Below are positions 22,701 to 33,990 of a stretch of 64,000 nucleotides of DNA, in pieces. The position numbers and the translations under genes were made by a program. Where the stretch lies: positions 1 to 64,000 of the forward strand of contig JAUCBJ010007962.1 of NCBI GenBank assembly GCA_032718475.1, read 5' to 3'. Positions within the stretch are counted from its first letter, which is position 1. Each line of letters starts with the position of its first letter. Source of the stretch: Nemertoderma westbladi. Its lineage: Eukaryota; Animalia; Xenacoelomorpha. Below the pieces are notes generated by a model. It made no database searches, was not told where the DNA came from, and worked only from the letters and a program-made list of their open reading frames with translations.

Positions 22701-25271
22701 ACTTAGAGTGGGACGAACCAATATCTCCTATACATGCAAAGCAGTGGAGAGAGTGGGAAGTCGAGTTGCATCTATTGAAAAATATAGATGTACCCTGTTC
22801 CTACTTTCCGAATCAGCTGGTATTCCCAGCTGATCTCGAACTCCATTTATTTAGTGACGCAAGTGACACCGGCTTTGGTATGGTAGCCTACCTTCGCCGA
22901 GAGGTAAGTCAGGATAAGTTTGAGACGGCTTTTGTGACTTCTACATCAAAGACAATGCCGGTCAAATACATGACTGTCCCTCATGCAGAGTTACAGGCGG
23001 CAGTAGTTTCAGTCGAGGTAAGTAAGCAGATAACAAAGGAGTTAGACACGACATTGACCTTATTCTATTGGACGGACGCATCCTTAGTGTTAGTATACAT
23101 TGCAGCTGACAATATTGCACTAAAGACATTTGTGGCCAACAGACGCGCTCAGATCGTCGACTTTTCGACGAAGGAACAATGGAGACATTGTCCGGGAGTG
23201 TTGAACCCGGCCGACATAACTTCGAGAGGTGCAATGCCAGCGGAATTCTGTCAGGAAGAGTCTCAGGAGTTTTGGTTGCATGGACCTGATTTTCTGATGA
23301 GGACACAGGAACATTGGCCAGAGTGACTGAAGATAGTGACCAATCCGATGCCCGAAGATGCAGAAGTCAAAGTGGAGAAAGTCTCTAAGTCAAAGTCTAA
23401 AGCCAAACTCAAGTCATTGGAGCAGCCTGAAGAGTCATTGGAGCAGCCTGAAGAGTCATTGGAGTGGCCCGGAGACCTGTCAGACCTACAGACTTACGTG
23501 ACTACTAGGTCCGGAAGGGTAAGTTATGACATAAAACCACCCTTACAGACTAAACCAGAGTCACAGTTGGTAAGTGACGGACAGAAAATGACCGACACAA
23601 TGGAGCCTTTGGTTTCCAAACCTGCGGGTTTGGATTCGAAACTTCCATTAGTTAGCGGACAACCGTCGCTGGCATTAGAGTCATGCAGTGTTTATGACAA
23701 ATTACTAAATTCGTCTGCCTCTTGGCTGACAATTTGTAAAAGAACTGCGTGGTTAAGCCGATACGTTTCGTACCTTTGTTTAAAACATTTGAAACATTTA
23801 GGAGAACAATTGAGCACTAATATTGAGCGAATTCGGAAATTGAAACAACCTCTGACAGAGGATGAGATTGATCAAGCGGAATTAAAGCATTTGAAGTACT
23901 ATAAAATGTGTGCCTTCCCAAAAGAATTCTATCTATTGTTGGCTCAACAACCAGTTCTCTCCTTAGAAAATGGAGTCCATTAATCCATAAGGGTTTGATT
24001 TGTCATAGATCAAGAATCCAGACTGTCGACATAAACTCACAGTTTAGGTTCCCAGTGATAATCCCTAGTCACCCAATAGAATTGCAAAGAGCGATTCTAT
24101 GGGATATACACAAGAGGTTGCATCACGCGGGAAAGTTACACTGTTTGTCGACAGCGAGACAGCGATTCATTCTATTGCAGCCAAGCAGGGCAGTAGGCAC
24201 TATGTACGATGCCTGTCTGGTTTGCAAGAGGGTGAACGCCAGAGTATTGGAACAGGAGATGGCTGAACTCCCGGAAGCGAGAGTGCAGGCATATGACCCA
24301 CCTTTTACAAATACAGGGGTGGATTGTTTTGGTCCGATTGAGGCAAAGAGTGGATGGCTGACCCACAAGCGATGGGGCCTGCTACTGACATGCATGGCTA
24401 GTAGAGCCATACATATCGAGCGTGTGGCAGACATGTCGACCAAATCTCTGCTCCTGGCCTTAAAGAGATTTATGGCCAGGAGAGGACTAGTACAGGCGTT
24501 TTACTCTGACAAGGGTACAAACTTTGTCGGAGGGAATAGCGAGTTAAATGCGGCTCACAAAGCAGCGCAGAATAAAGAAATTTCTGCAGCACTTTTGCCG
24601 CAAAGAATAGAGTGGAGATTTAATACTCCAGAAAGTCCTTGGAGAGGAGGAAGTTGGGAGCGTTTGGTTCGCTCTGTAAAGCAGGCTATTGCCAAGACGT
24701 TGCCTGTGAACAAACAACTTACCAACGATGAACTGGTCATAGCTTTCATCGAAATCGAGCATACCCTAAACTCGAGGCCGATAGCTATGTTGCCAGACGG
24801 TGTTGCATTAACGCCGAATCATTTGCTAATGCAGAGTCCAGCATTTCTTCTGCCGGCATCAGAACCCATTAGTGCCGACCTATATAGTCGTAAGAGCTGG
24901 AAAGTAACACAATTTTAGCGTACACATTCTGGGAATATTGGCGGGAATATTATCTTCCCACCATATCCACCAGAACAAAGTGGTACAAAACGGTTCGGAG
25001 CCTCCAAAGAGGAGACTACGTATTGATAACCGAACCGATTATCAAGAGAAAATATTGGGAGACGGGAGTTATCTTGCACATACACCCAGGCGTGCAAAAC
25101 ATAGTGCGCACAGTCACTGTGAAAATTAGGTGCAAGTGTCCGCACCCAAAGAAGTGTAAAACTAATGGTTTGCACACCTTGGACCGACCGGTCCAAGATA
25201 TCGTGTTATTAGAGGAGACACGCATCGAGACGGGAGATTATAATTTGTCTCCTGCCTCAAAACAGAATTAG
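19794..25271 (+). pseudogene. pol: Element A gag C-terminus (Zn knuckles) and pol: protease, RT, RNase H, integrase; several stops and frameshifts
   Basis: CWACLAPGHVRRQC; VMLDTAS; YYLPHH, DIEAMFHQV, RNFYMDD; LFSDAS; HHCC and DDE integrase motifs; DUF5641-like tail DRPVQDIVLLE. Confidence 0.95.
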
Positions 25272-26025
25272 TGTTGGACGCAACTCACTTCGTATGCATT
25301 CCTCGTATGCAAATACAAGGAAATGCATAGGAGCGGGTTTGTGGTGATTTGCGTTGAGTTTTGTCTGGTGGGTATCAAAAACAAAATTTTATTTTCAAAA
25401 GTTTTGGAAAATTAAAAAATTTTCAAAAATTAGAAATGAACCCAAGACAATTCCAGACGCTGTGTATAGACGCGTTTTGAATTCGTCTATAGATATACAG
25501 TAATTTGAAAAGTCGTGAAGCCTGGAAAATAGCATTTAGAAACCATGGTGACGGCTATATTACGTAGGAGTGTAAATTGAGTTTAGCAACTTCTACAGAT
25601 TGGTGCCAACAGTACAACTAGGGTGCTAAAGGTTAGTAGCATCAGAGGCGTACACGACCCCACTCAGTAGTTTGCAGTGAAGTGTGATGTTCGATATCAA
25701 ACCTGTGGGTTTGGTATAGTCGAGCATTGAGACTATTGTCCTTTCTAACTACTGTAGTTTATTACGAGTAATGGGAGTAGTTTGGGCATCAAAAAAGTGA
25801 GTTGGTCACGGCCAGTTTATCTCCAAACTTTTGCGCTATGCATGGGAATAGGTTAGAGGATAGTTAGGAAGAGACGGGATCTAGAGAGTCGAACCTGAAC
25901 TGCTGGAAGGCGGGGGGGTTCGGGAGGTCTGTCCTTCGGCGGCATCTAACTGATTTATCCGCAGTGTAATTAGTTACGTAACGGAACACTTATTGGGATA
26001 TATATATGTGTATACGCAGATTATA

Positions 26026-29000
26026 ATGGAGAAGGGAATTAGAGCCCAACCGCGGAGAGGATTTACCGCTAGAGAGGAGGCGGAGCTACCATTTGCCCAA
26101 CCGGGATGTAAAGATTCGAACGTTTACTACCACGGGAGGTCGGTAATGGAGCTAAATGGGAAGTATAAACCCTCATATGATAAGGAATTAAGGAGGGAAA
26201 GAATGAGAGCGTTGGGGGACCGTATGGAAGTTTTGCGGAAGGAGTATCGCACTCGGTATCCTTACGATTTTGCGTTAGACGTATGTGACATTAGTGCAGA
26301 CCCGGACGAGGAGATTGCGCGGCTGTACCATATGAACATGTATTTTCGACACGACGAACCTCTACCTGCAGTCCGAGATCAGTTCGACGGAATGCATCTT
26401 TACCGGAGGACTCGAGGCGAGGATCAAGAGACGCCGAAGATCTTCAGTATGTACAAGTTGTTCTATAAATTTGGTGAATGCATGAACAAACAAGACGTGG
26501 CGATTCCCGACCGACTGGACGAGCAACATCCTGAACCGATATTAACGCGATGTCAAGCTCACCAGTTCCTTAGATACAACGAGGGAGGTTACCCAATGAG
26601 CAACCCGATGATTAGTATCGACTTTAGCGGAAAGCAACCTCCAAGACCCATTACGCCGACCGTTACGACATTAGATCCATATACAGAGATTAAACCCTGT
26701 TCGACACCCAGTTTGATAGAGATGGCAGCGGCCATTTCGCTATACCGAGCCTACAAGGATGTAGAGGCGCGGCGCGAAGCGGCACGGGACTCGGGTACCA
26801 AACCCGCGGGTTTGGAGCTCTCGAGTCCCTGGACTACGTTTACTTCGCCTCACTGAGCGAGAAGCCTCACGCCTGAGCATCAGGACGACATAGACGCATT
26901 GCGGCAGGAGGAGTGAGCGGCGAAGGCGAAACAGTTATTCGAAGAGCGGGTGGCGGAGTATAATAAGACCGCGGATAGACATCAGGAGGAGACTAGGAGA
27001 GTGACTGGATTTGTTCCACAGGCCGTATCTCAACCCCGACCGGTGTATTATTCCGACGGCAACGAACCTGCGATATTGGTAGATCACCCGGAGTCGCGAG
27101 AAGCGATTAGATTCTTGCCGATGGTAAGGATGTTGGATCATTGGAACGTCGACTGTCTACGGGAAGTTTTATGCGCGAAGTTCTTGCGTGTTCCCGATGC
27201 AGATCACAGATTACGACACAATGGATTAGATTGGAGCTCCGGGGAAGGAGAGTAAATTATTCGGATGGTTGGATAAGTACATCAAGGTATGGGTCGCGGT
27301 GGCTACATTCCCAGACGACGAGGAGGTAGACCAGACGTGGCTGAGGAGGAAGGGTTCTTACACCTGATATGATGACCACAAGGCTATCGAGCGCATGTGG
27401 ACCCCATCAGACGAGATTCAGCATCAGTGGAGGAAAACGGAGGAATCACTGCAGGATTGGAGGGTGATGTTCTACGACAATGAAGGAGGGTCTCATCAAG
27501 AATGCTTGACTAGTAAGTGCATTCAAATTCGCGCGGCCGATGGTGTGACTCATGTGTTTATGCGCGTAAGGGCGGATCGAGAGAAACCGGAGCCCATAAT
27601 AACGACACAATATCGGAAAGGGAAGGATCCTAGGGAACAGATTTTGGAGGTATGCAGGCGAGGAGGTATGCACGGAGCGGAGCGTATCGACGCCAGGATG
27701 CTACCCAAGAAGGTTAGAGAGGCTATTCTTAACCAAGATTACGTCAAGGTGGGATCGGGAGTCCAGAGTGATTTAGAGAGTGACTTCAACGCCATGACTG
27801 ATTTGGAAGATAGATTGCCGATACCGTTTGTCGACACCAAGCTATTGTTGCTATGGGCACAGGATATTGGAATTTATAGGGAGTATCCCAACTCTGCCAA
27901 GACTGGTATGGGCTTCATAGCGCATTTGTTGTATAATTGGGACTTTAAGTTGAAGACGCAGAAGAAGTACGAGGAGGTGTATGGCGAATACAACATGCCA
28001 CCGGGAGCGGAGTTCAAATCCCACTTCAAGCGGCAAGCGTTAGTGTATTGGAACATTTGCGCGCGACCCCGTGCGTCACTACAATATTATTTGGTGCTTG
28101 AGTCGAACACGGTAACTTGTTTATTAGCGGATATCGTTGCGCGAGTTTTGAAGCGTCATCCATTGGTGTTTGGAGGAGATCAATACGTTCGCTCGAAAGG
28201 AGGAATCCAATCCGACGTGATGAAGCGTTTCTTAACCCCGTTCTTCAACCAATCGTTAGAGAATACGTCGATGGTTAGGAGAGGATTAGCGATATTCGAA
28301 GGAATATATCGACAGAACATCGGAGATTTGGGAGACCGACCGTCAATGGAATATCCGACGCCAGAGGCTTTGGAGAACTGGTTCGGGAATCAAACCCGCG
28401 GGTTTGGTACTCCCTTCCACTCGGAGGCTGATAGACCTATTAGAGAGGGTTGGCCGGAAACGTTAGTAGAGGTGTTTGGAGTGGATCTTCCGGTGGAGAA
28501 GACATATCCGAAACGAACGCGGGAGGAAATATTGGAGATAGAGGACAAGGGCGAGGATGTTTACGTTGTTCCGGATCGACAACCTTTGACCGGAGAGGAC
28601 GACATCGTATTAGACATTGGGAAAGAAGGAAGTGCGAAACCGATTGGAGACCTCATATATGAGAGGGCCTGGTTTCCGCAAGCGCGTAGGTGCAAGTTGT
28701 GCAGCAGCACAAGGCACAATCAAAAGTTATGTGACGCGGTAGTAGAGGCGGCGCATAAGGTCTGCCGTTGGTGCAATGAGACCGACCATTCGTTTCATAC
28801 GTGCACCGACTTCATTTCTCAATGTGGATATTGTGGAGTAAAGGGACATCGTAGCGCGAGATGCCAAATGCGAGATGATTCCTTTCAAAACCATAGCGCT
28901 AACCTACTTCGGGAGATGCTAGATAAGTGGGAAGGTGTGGCCGACTACCACATCCAAGCACAGATGCGTTGGTTACGATTTAAGAGGGGATATGGATTTT

Positions 29001-29710
29001 GGGCAGTAGACCCATCACACGTTGCGTATGAGCCGTATCTGCAGTCGTTACCACAATATCAAGAGCTCATCCTGACCGCTCAAGACCTTCCACAGAACAC
29101 TGGAGTCATCGTTGTTCGGGAATACTTCAGACAATTGAACATGGATAACAAATACACTTGGAACTTTGTTGCTATTTGCAACCGTATTACAAAGGGTGTA
29201 TTTTCGGAAACTAGAAAGGTGGTGCGCGCGAGAGGAGATTGGAGGATGGCGGCTATACAATACCGCAACGAGTTCCTATTGACTCACGTACCGGTGGGGT
29301 CATTGACCGCTAAGAGGATCGAGGAACAGAGAACCGCAGCGCCCACAGCGACGACTGTTGGAGCTCAAAGCTCACGGAAGGAACCAGGAGGAGAGGTCCA
29401 AGACAAGCGTCAAGTCAAGGACGACCACTACCATTCGATTATAGAAGCACAGGGAGCGTTGGAGAAGGCGCGGGTGCAACTGCAGAAGGAGGAGTTGGCG
29501 GAAGCGACCACAGGAGCACGATTGGGACGAGGCCGAGGGAGAAGTACGAGCCGGGAATCTGTCGGGGCTCAGGGAACATCGTCACCGGTTCCAGGGAGTG
29601 ACGCCTCGCGGACAACATCAACAGAGTCGACTACTGGAGGAAGATTGGTGTATCTGGGAAGGGGGCGGAAGAGAGGAGCGAGCCCAAAGAACCCAGGAGC
29701 GGGTCGGTAA
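26026..29710 (+). pseudogene. Large extra 3' ORF of element A (~1200 codons; triple CCHC knuckle, WExxADxH domain, RG-rich tail), disrupted in the 5' third
   Basis: ORF pieces 25993-26856 and 26950-27255 (same frame) plus 27395-29710; CKLCSSTRHNQKLC, CRWCNETDHSFHTC, CGYCGVKGHRSARC, KWEGVADYH...GYGFWAVDP. Confidence 0.8.
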
Positions 29711-30225
29711 TGCATTCATATCATGGGGCGACAGACTCTAGATATATACATCATCGTCGCTCTGATGTATATTGTAGCATTTTCGTAAATATCCGACCGG
29801 ACTCATATACTAGTCGTAACAATTTGAATTTATATTATGAGAGAGGCGAAGGAGGTGATTGGGGAGACAAACCTGCCCTAGCCTTTCACCTACCACCTTT
29901 CACCTTTCACCCACCCTAGCAAGTTTTATAAAAGAGAAGGTATTTTTGTAAATTTAATTTGTATGTAGTAATCATTATGTAGAACGAATGAGAAACGATA
30001 TTTTGTAAATTTAATTTGTATGTAATAATTAAACAGTGAGAGAGATAATATTTTGTAAATTTGATTTATTTGAAAACCCATTATGCAATATCTATGCAAT
30101 ATTTGTAAATAGTAGAATTATTATAGCATCAAGATATTTAGATTATTTGGAAGTGAATTTATTTTGTTTGTATACATCGCCTATACTCTTCTACAATTGG
30201 AGGGAAACATTGCATGATTTCCCTT

Positions 30226-30232
30226 GGAGCGG
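30226..30232 (+). promoter_or_regulatory. Polypurine tract of element A
   Basis: GGAGCGG directly before TGTTAC; same core as the PPT of B. Confidence 0.75.
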
Positions 30233-32452
30233 TGTTACGGTATATTATGGCGCTGTACTTACATTAGTCCGCATTATACAGTATAATAATATTAGTCCGT
30301 TATACAGTATAATATATTAGCCATTATGCAGTATAATATATTAGTCGTTATGCAATATAGTTATTTAGATAAGACATAATAATGCGCAATGACATTTAGA
30401 TAAGGAAAATGAAACGCCCATATATTTTGAATTCATCCATTTTGTATAGTATGTAGCCCTACCTATGTAATTTTGTATTAGGATATAAGTAGATAGTTCC
30501 AGGGTAGCAAGTTCCTGTTGGACCCTGGATGTGGGCTTGCTGTTATTAGCCTTGATGGGCTAGCTATTGGTTTTAATTTTCTCTATAATTGCGCTAAATT
30601 AACTTTTGTGCATCGTATTAATAGTACCGCTAAATTAAGCACCGGCAAATTTACCTTATATGGTGACGATTTGAGGGTTTCGGGAGCAATAGGTTCACGA
30701 TCCGGCTTTCTTATTGGCCTAACTGCTTCCAGGTTGGTCTAATGCTAGCTCGGATTGGGGAGCCAATGAGAGAGCGATTGCATAATCCCTCATGAACCAC
30801 CTATAAATTGGCCGTGTTTCCGGTAAATGTAATCATCTTTGTTGTACACTATGTGCTTTGTAATTAATCTCAGTGCTTTCTTTATAATTCTGCATTTCTA
30901 CCTCTTTTCGATTTTTTCTTACGATGATTCGCTAATTTGACTATTTCTGCTTGTGTTTCTCAATCAACCTCAATGATTACTATAAATTACAATTGGAACT
31001 ATGATTTCTACCCTTTAGTAAATGGTTCTATGTGATTCTTTTCGACACAATAATCCTACGGGATTCCTTAGACTGTCAGACTGTTTGGTAATTTGAATGC
31101 GCCACTACGGTACCTATTCATTCTGATGGAGAGCTAAGTTACCGGTAAGCGCGGCGGGCGCATCGGGGGGTTAGCGACGAAGGGAGTGTGGAGGATTCAA
31201 GGGCGGGCAGTGCTGGCGAGAGCACTATTGCGGCTAGAAGTTCGCGGTATAGAGGAACCCAGGTTCGCCGGAACGGTAACTAGGGGGCTGATAATCCAGA
31301 TTTTGTCTCTATTTGTAGTATTAGGGGGGCAGGAATTGGGTTAGTTAGGAAGCTCCAGATGTATCCGGGAGAGACCTGCGTGCCTTACAATCGTGAGCTA
31401 AACTGTAAACTATTGTTTGTTGAATCGTGAGCTAAACTGTAAACTATTGTTTGTTGAAACGTGAGCTAAACTGTAAACTATTGTTTGTTGAATCGTGAGC
31501 TAAACTGTAAACTATTGCTTGTTACGCTGATTGGTGTGTTACTAAAGTGTGCCTAATAAATCACGAATGCTTAGATAGGTGCTCTTTTCCCTTTGATTGA
31601 TTTCTATTTCTTAGTTTATGACGAATAGTTACTGATTAGGTCGAAAAATAATACAGTATTTTAGGCTCTTACTGGTGCTACCAGTTGTGCGATAAATTAG
31701 AATTGCGCATTCTGGAATACTTAGTAATTAGTACGCTGTACATATTTGTGACTGTAATTAACTAGTAAAATTAAGAATTTTGTACGCAGCATAGCGGAGA
31801 GTAGTTAAGGTAGGATTTGGAGTACCGTAACTATTCATGCAGGGCGGTTATTTGAATTAGAGGACGATAAGTTACATTGTAGTATACAGTATTTAGCGCG
31901 CATTAGTAAATTGCTGGCCTAAAGCCAGCCGCAGGTAAGTCTAGTCCCACTACAGGTATTAGCCGTAATAAAACAGTCCCGATTTTGATTACTTAAATAT
32001 TCTCACATTCACACATTCCGTTAGGGAATCCCAGTCTTTGCGATTAGATGCGATTAGATCAGATTAGATTAGAAAAGACATAATTGTTCACGTGTTTAGC
32101 AGTAAATTAGGCCATAGGAATACACTCAGAGTGCAAGTCTCTCGCACTCGTTTTAAGTAGCTTAGGGAACCGATTTCGGGTTTATTGTTTTGGTTATTCC
32201 CGCTTGGCTCATATATTCGAACAGTTAGCTCTCTATCGAGTAATTGGTAGAGAAAGGAACAAGAAATTAGCAGGAGCTGTATAAAATTAGTAAATATATC
32301 AGCGGACGGCAGATTAGCGCCATCCAACGGTAAGTAGCAGCGGTTTTGGATTTAGCAACCCTACATTACAAATAATACGCTCCTGATTGCCCTGCTTAAT
32401 AAATAGAGCAATTTGTGTCTTTATTGGTTGGGTCGGGGTAGTTTGTTTAACA
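30233..32452 (+). repeat. 3' LTR of element A (2220 bp)
   Basis: TGTTA...TAACA termini; has one more 33-bp unit and a ~150-bp segment (~31835-31985) missing from the 5' LTR. Confidence 0.93.
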
Positions 32453-32635
32453 CCAACCATTTCTAGTATTGATTCATACAGCATGTCTAATGTCCTAAGT
32501 CTAGAGAATGTAATGTAATGTAAGGTAAGTACAGTAGGCAGATGATACGGAAGCCCATAGTATCAAACAGTAGTGGAATAATCAACTACTGTATCATATT
32601 TTCTGTCACAAAGTTCTCAATATATTACACAAAAC

Positions 32636-32983
32636 TCACAACCAGTAGATTTTTGCGATATTTATGCGCCATGACGCTTGAAAGTCGCAAGTGAATCGCA
32701 TGTGAGTTTTATGCGACTGAACGCAAGTTGTTGCGATATCTATGCGACTTAACGCAAGTAGGTCGCTTGCGTAAAGGTCGGGCCATAACTCTTGGGAATC
32801 ACATAAGATACGCCTGCGTTGCACGCTTGCGATACGCTTGCGCACTTTCACTGGGTAGTATCCCCTCGTCTTCTCTTCCGGATGCCTCTCGGTGAAATCC
32901 ACCAGTATCTCCTTTCCTCCTAACTCCGCCTTTCTCTTTCGGACAAGTTTCTCTGCCATTTCGAACTCTCCACAATCGCTCAC
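32636..32983 (-). CDS. Possible start of an extra 3' ORF of element C (duplicate at 34667-34957); unknown function
   Basis: Charged, protein-like ORF downstream of pol in C's sense orientation; no motif recognised. Confidence 0.35.
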   Translation of the reverse strand: MSDCGEFEMAEKLVRKRKAELGGKEILVDFTERHPEEKTRGYYPVKVRKRIASVQRRRILCDSQELWPDLYASDLLALSRIDIATTCVQSHKTHMRFTCDFQASWRINIAKIYWL

Positions 32984-33359
32984 CCGTTAGGTGGTGCCTT
33001 GCCACGGCGCGGTATGGATGAGTGATAAAGTAAAGATGGTTTATTCAGTTCGAAAATGGCCTATCTCTCGCAGAATTTCTGAGTTATTACCTAATTTTGC
33101 CACCTAATTCCTAAAACTGTCAAATTGTACCCTAAATTGAATAAATTAAAAATACGCTATTTTATTTTTAATTTAATCCTACTACTGTGCTACTACTTCT
33201 GCCAATGGATTATTCTACCTTATAATCCACATTCTGGCCTACTCTGTGGGCTTGTGCAGTACAACAGTATGCGTCGCGTGGCCTACACGATTTATCCAGC
33301 TGTACTCACGTGCCCCCCTCTCTCTACTCACTACTAACTAATATTTATATTATACATAC

Positions 33360-33990
33360 CCTTCTACCACTAACTCTTACTAACCAGTACTACGTACCCT
33401 TTCACTAACTTCTAACTAACTCTTACTAATCGGTACTACGTACCCTCTTACTAACCTCTAACTCCCACTAACTCCTACTAACCGGTACTACGTACCCTCT
33501 TACTAACCTCTAACTCCCACTAACTCCTACTAACCGGTACTACGTACCCTCTTACTAACCTCTAACTTCCACTAACTCCTACTAACCGGTACTACGTACC
33601 CTCTTACTAACTTCTAACTCTCCCTACTAACGGTACTACGTACCCTCTTACTAACTTCTAACTCTCCCAACTGACGGTACTACGTAACCTCTTACTAATT
33701 TCTAACTCTCCCAACTAACGGTACTACGCACCCTCTTACTAACTTCTAACTCTCCCAACTAACGGTACTACGTACCCTCTTACTAACTTCTAACTCTCCC
33801 AACTAACGGTACTACGTACCCTCTTACTAACTTCTAACTTAACTAACTAATGGTACTACGTACCCTCTTACTACTTAACTAACTAACTTCTAACTCTCCC
33901 AACTCACGGTACTATGTACCCTCTTATTAACTTCTAACGTAACTAACTAATGGTACTACGTACCCTCTTACAACTTAACTAACTAACTTC
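33360..33990. repeat. Minisatellite (41-50-bp unit with GGTAC-TAC-GTACC hairpin core) in the 3' region of C; second copy ~35335-35905
   Basis: GGTACTACGTACCCTCTTACTAACTTCTAACTCTCCCAACTAAC-like unit repeated more than 10 times. Confidence 0.95.

Larger units (their letters stand above)
1..32452 (+). mobile_element. BEL/Pao LTR retrotransposon A (degenerate, with nested insertions; 5' end lies before the window)
   Basis: Direct repeats 1-1845 and 30416-32452; gag-PR-RT-RH-IN order; Pao-type motifs (FYMDD, LFSDAS, QWRHCPGVLNPADITSRG, GVDCFGP, SDKGTNF, GSWERLV). Confidence 0.95.

Noticed and set aside
26026-29710. env gene
   Set aside because: No signal peptide, fusion-protein pattern or transmembrane anchor is visible; it has Zn knuckles and a basic tail instead.
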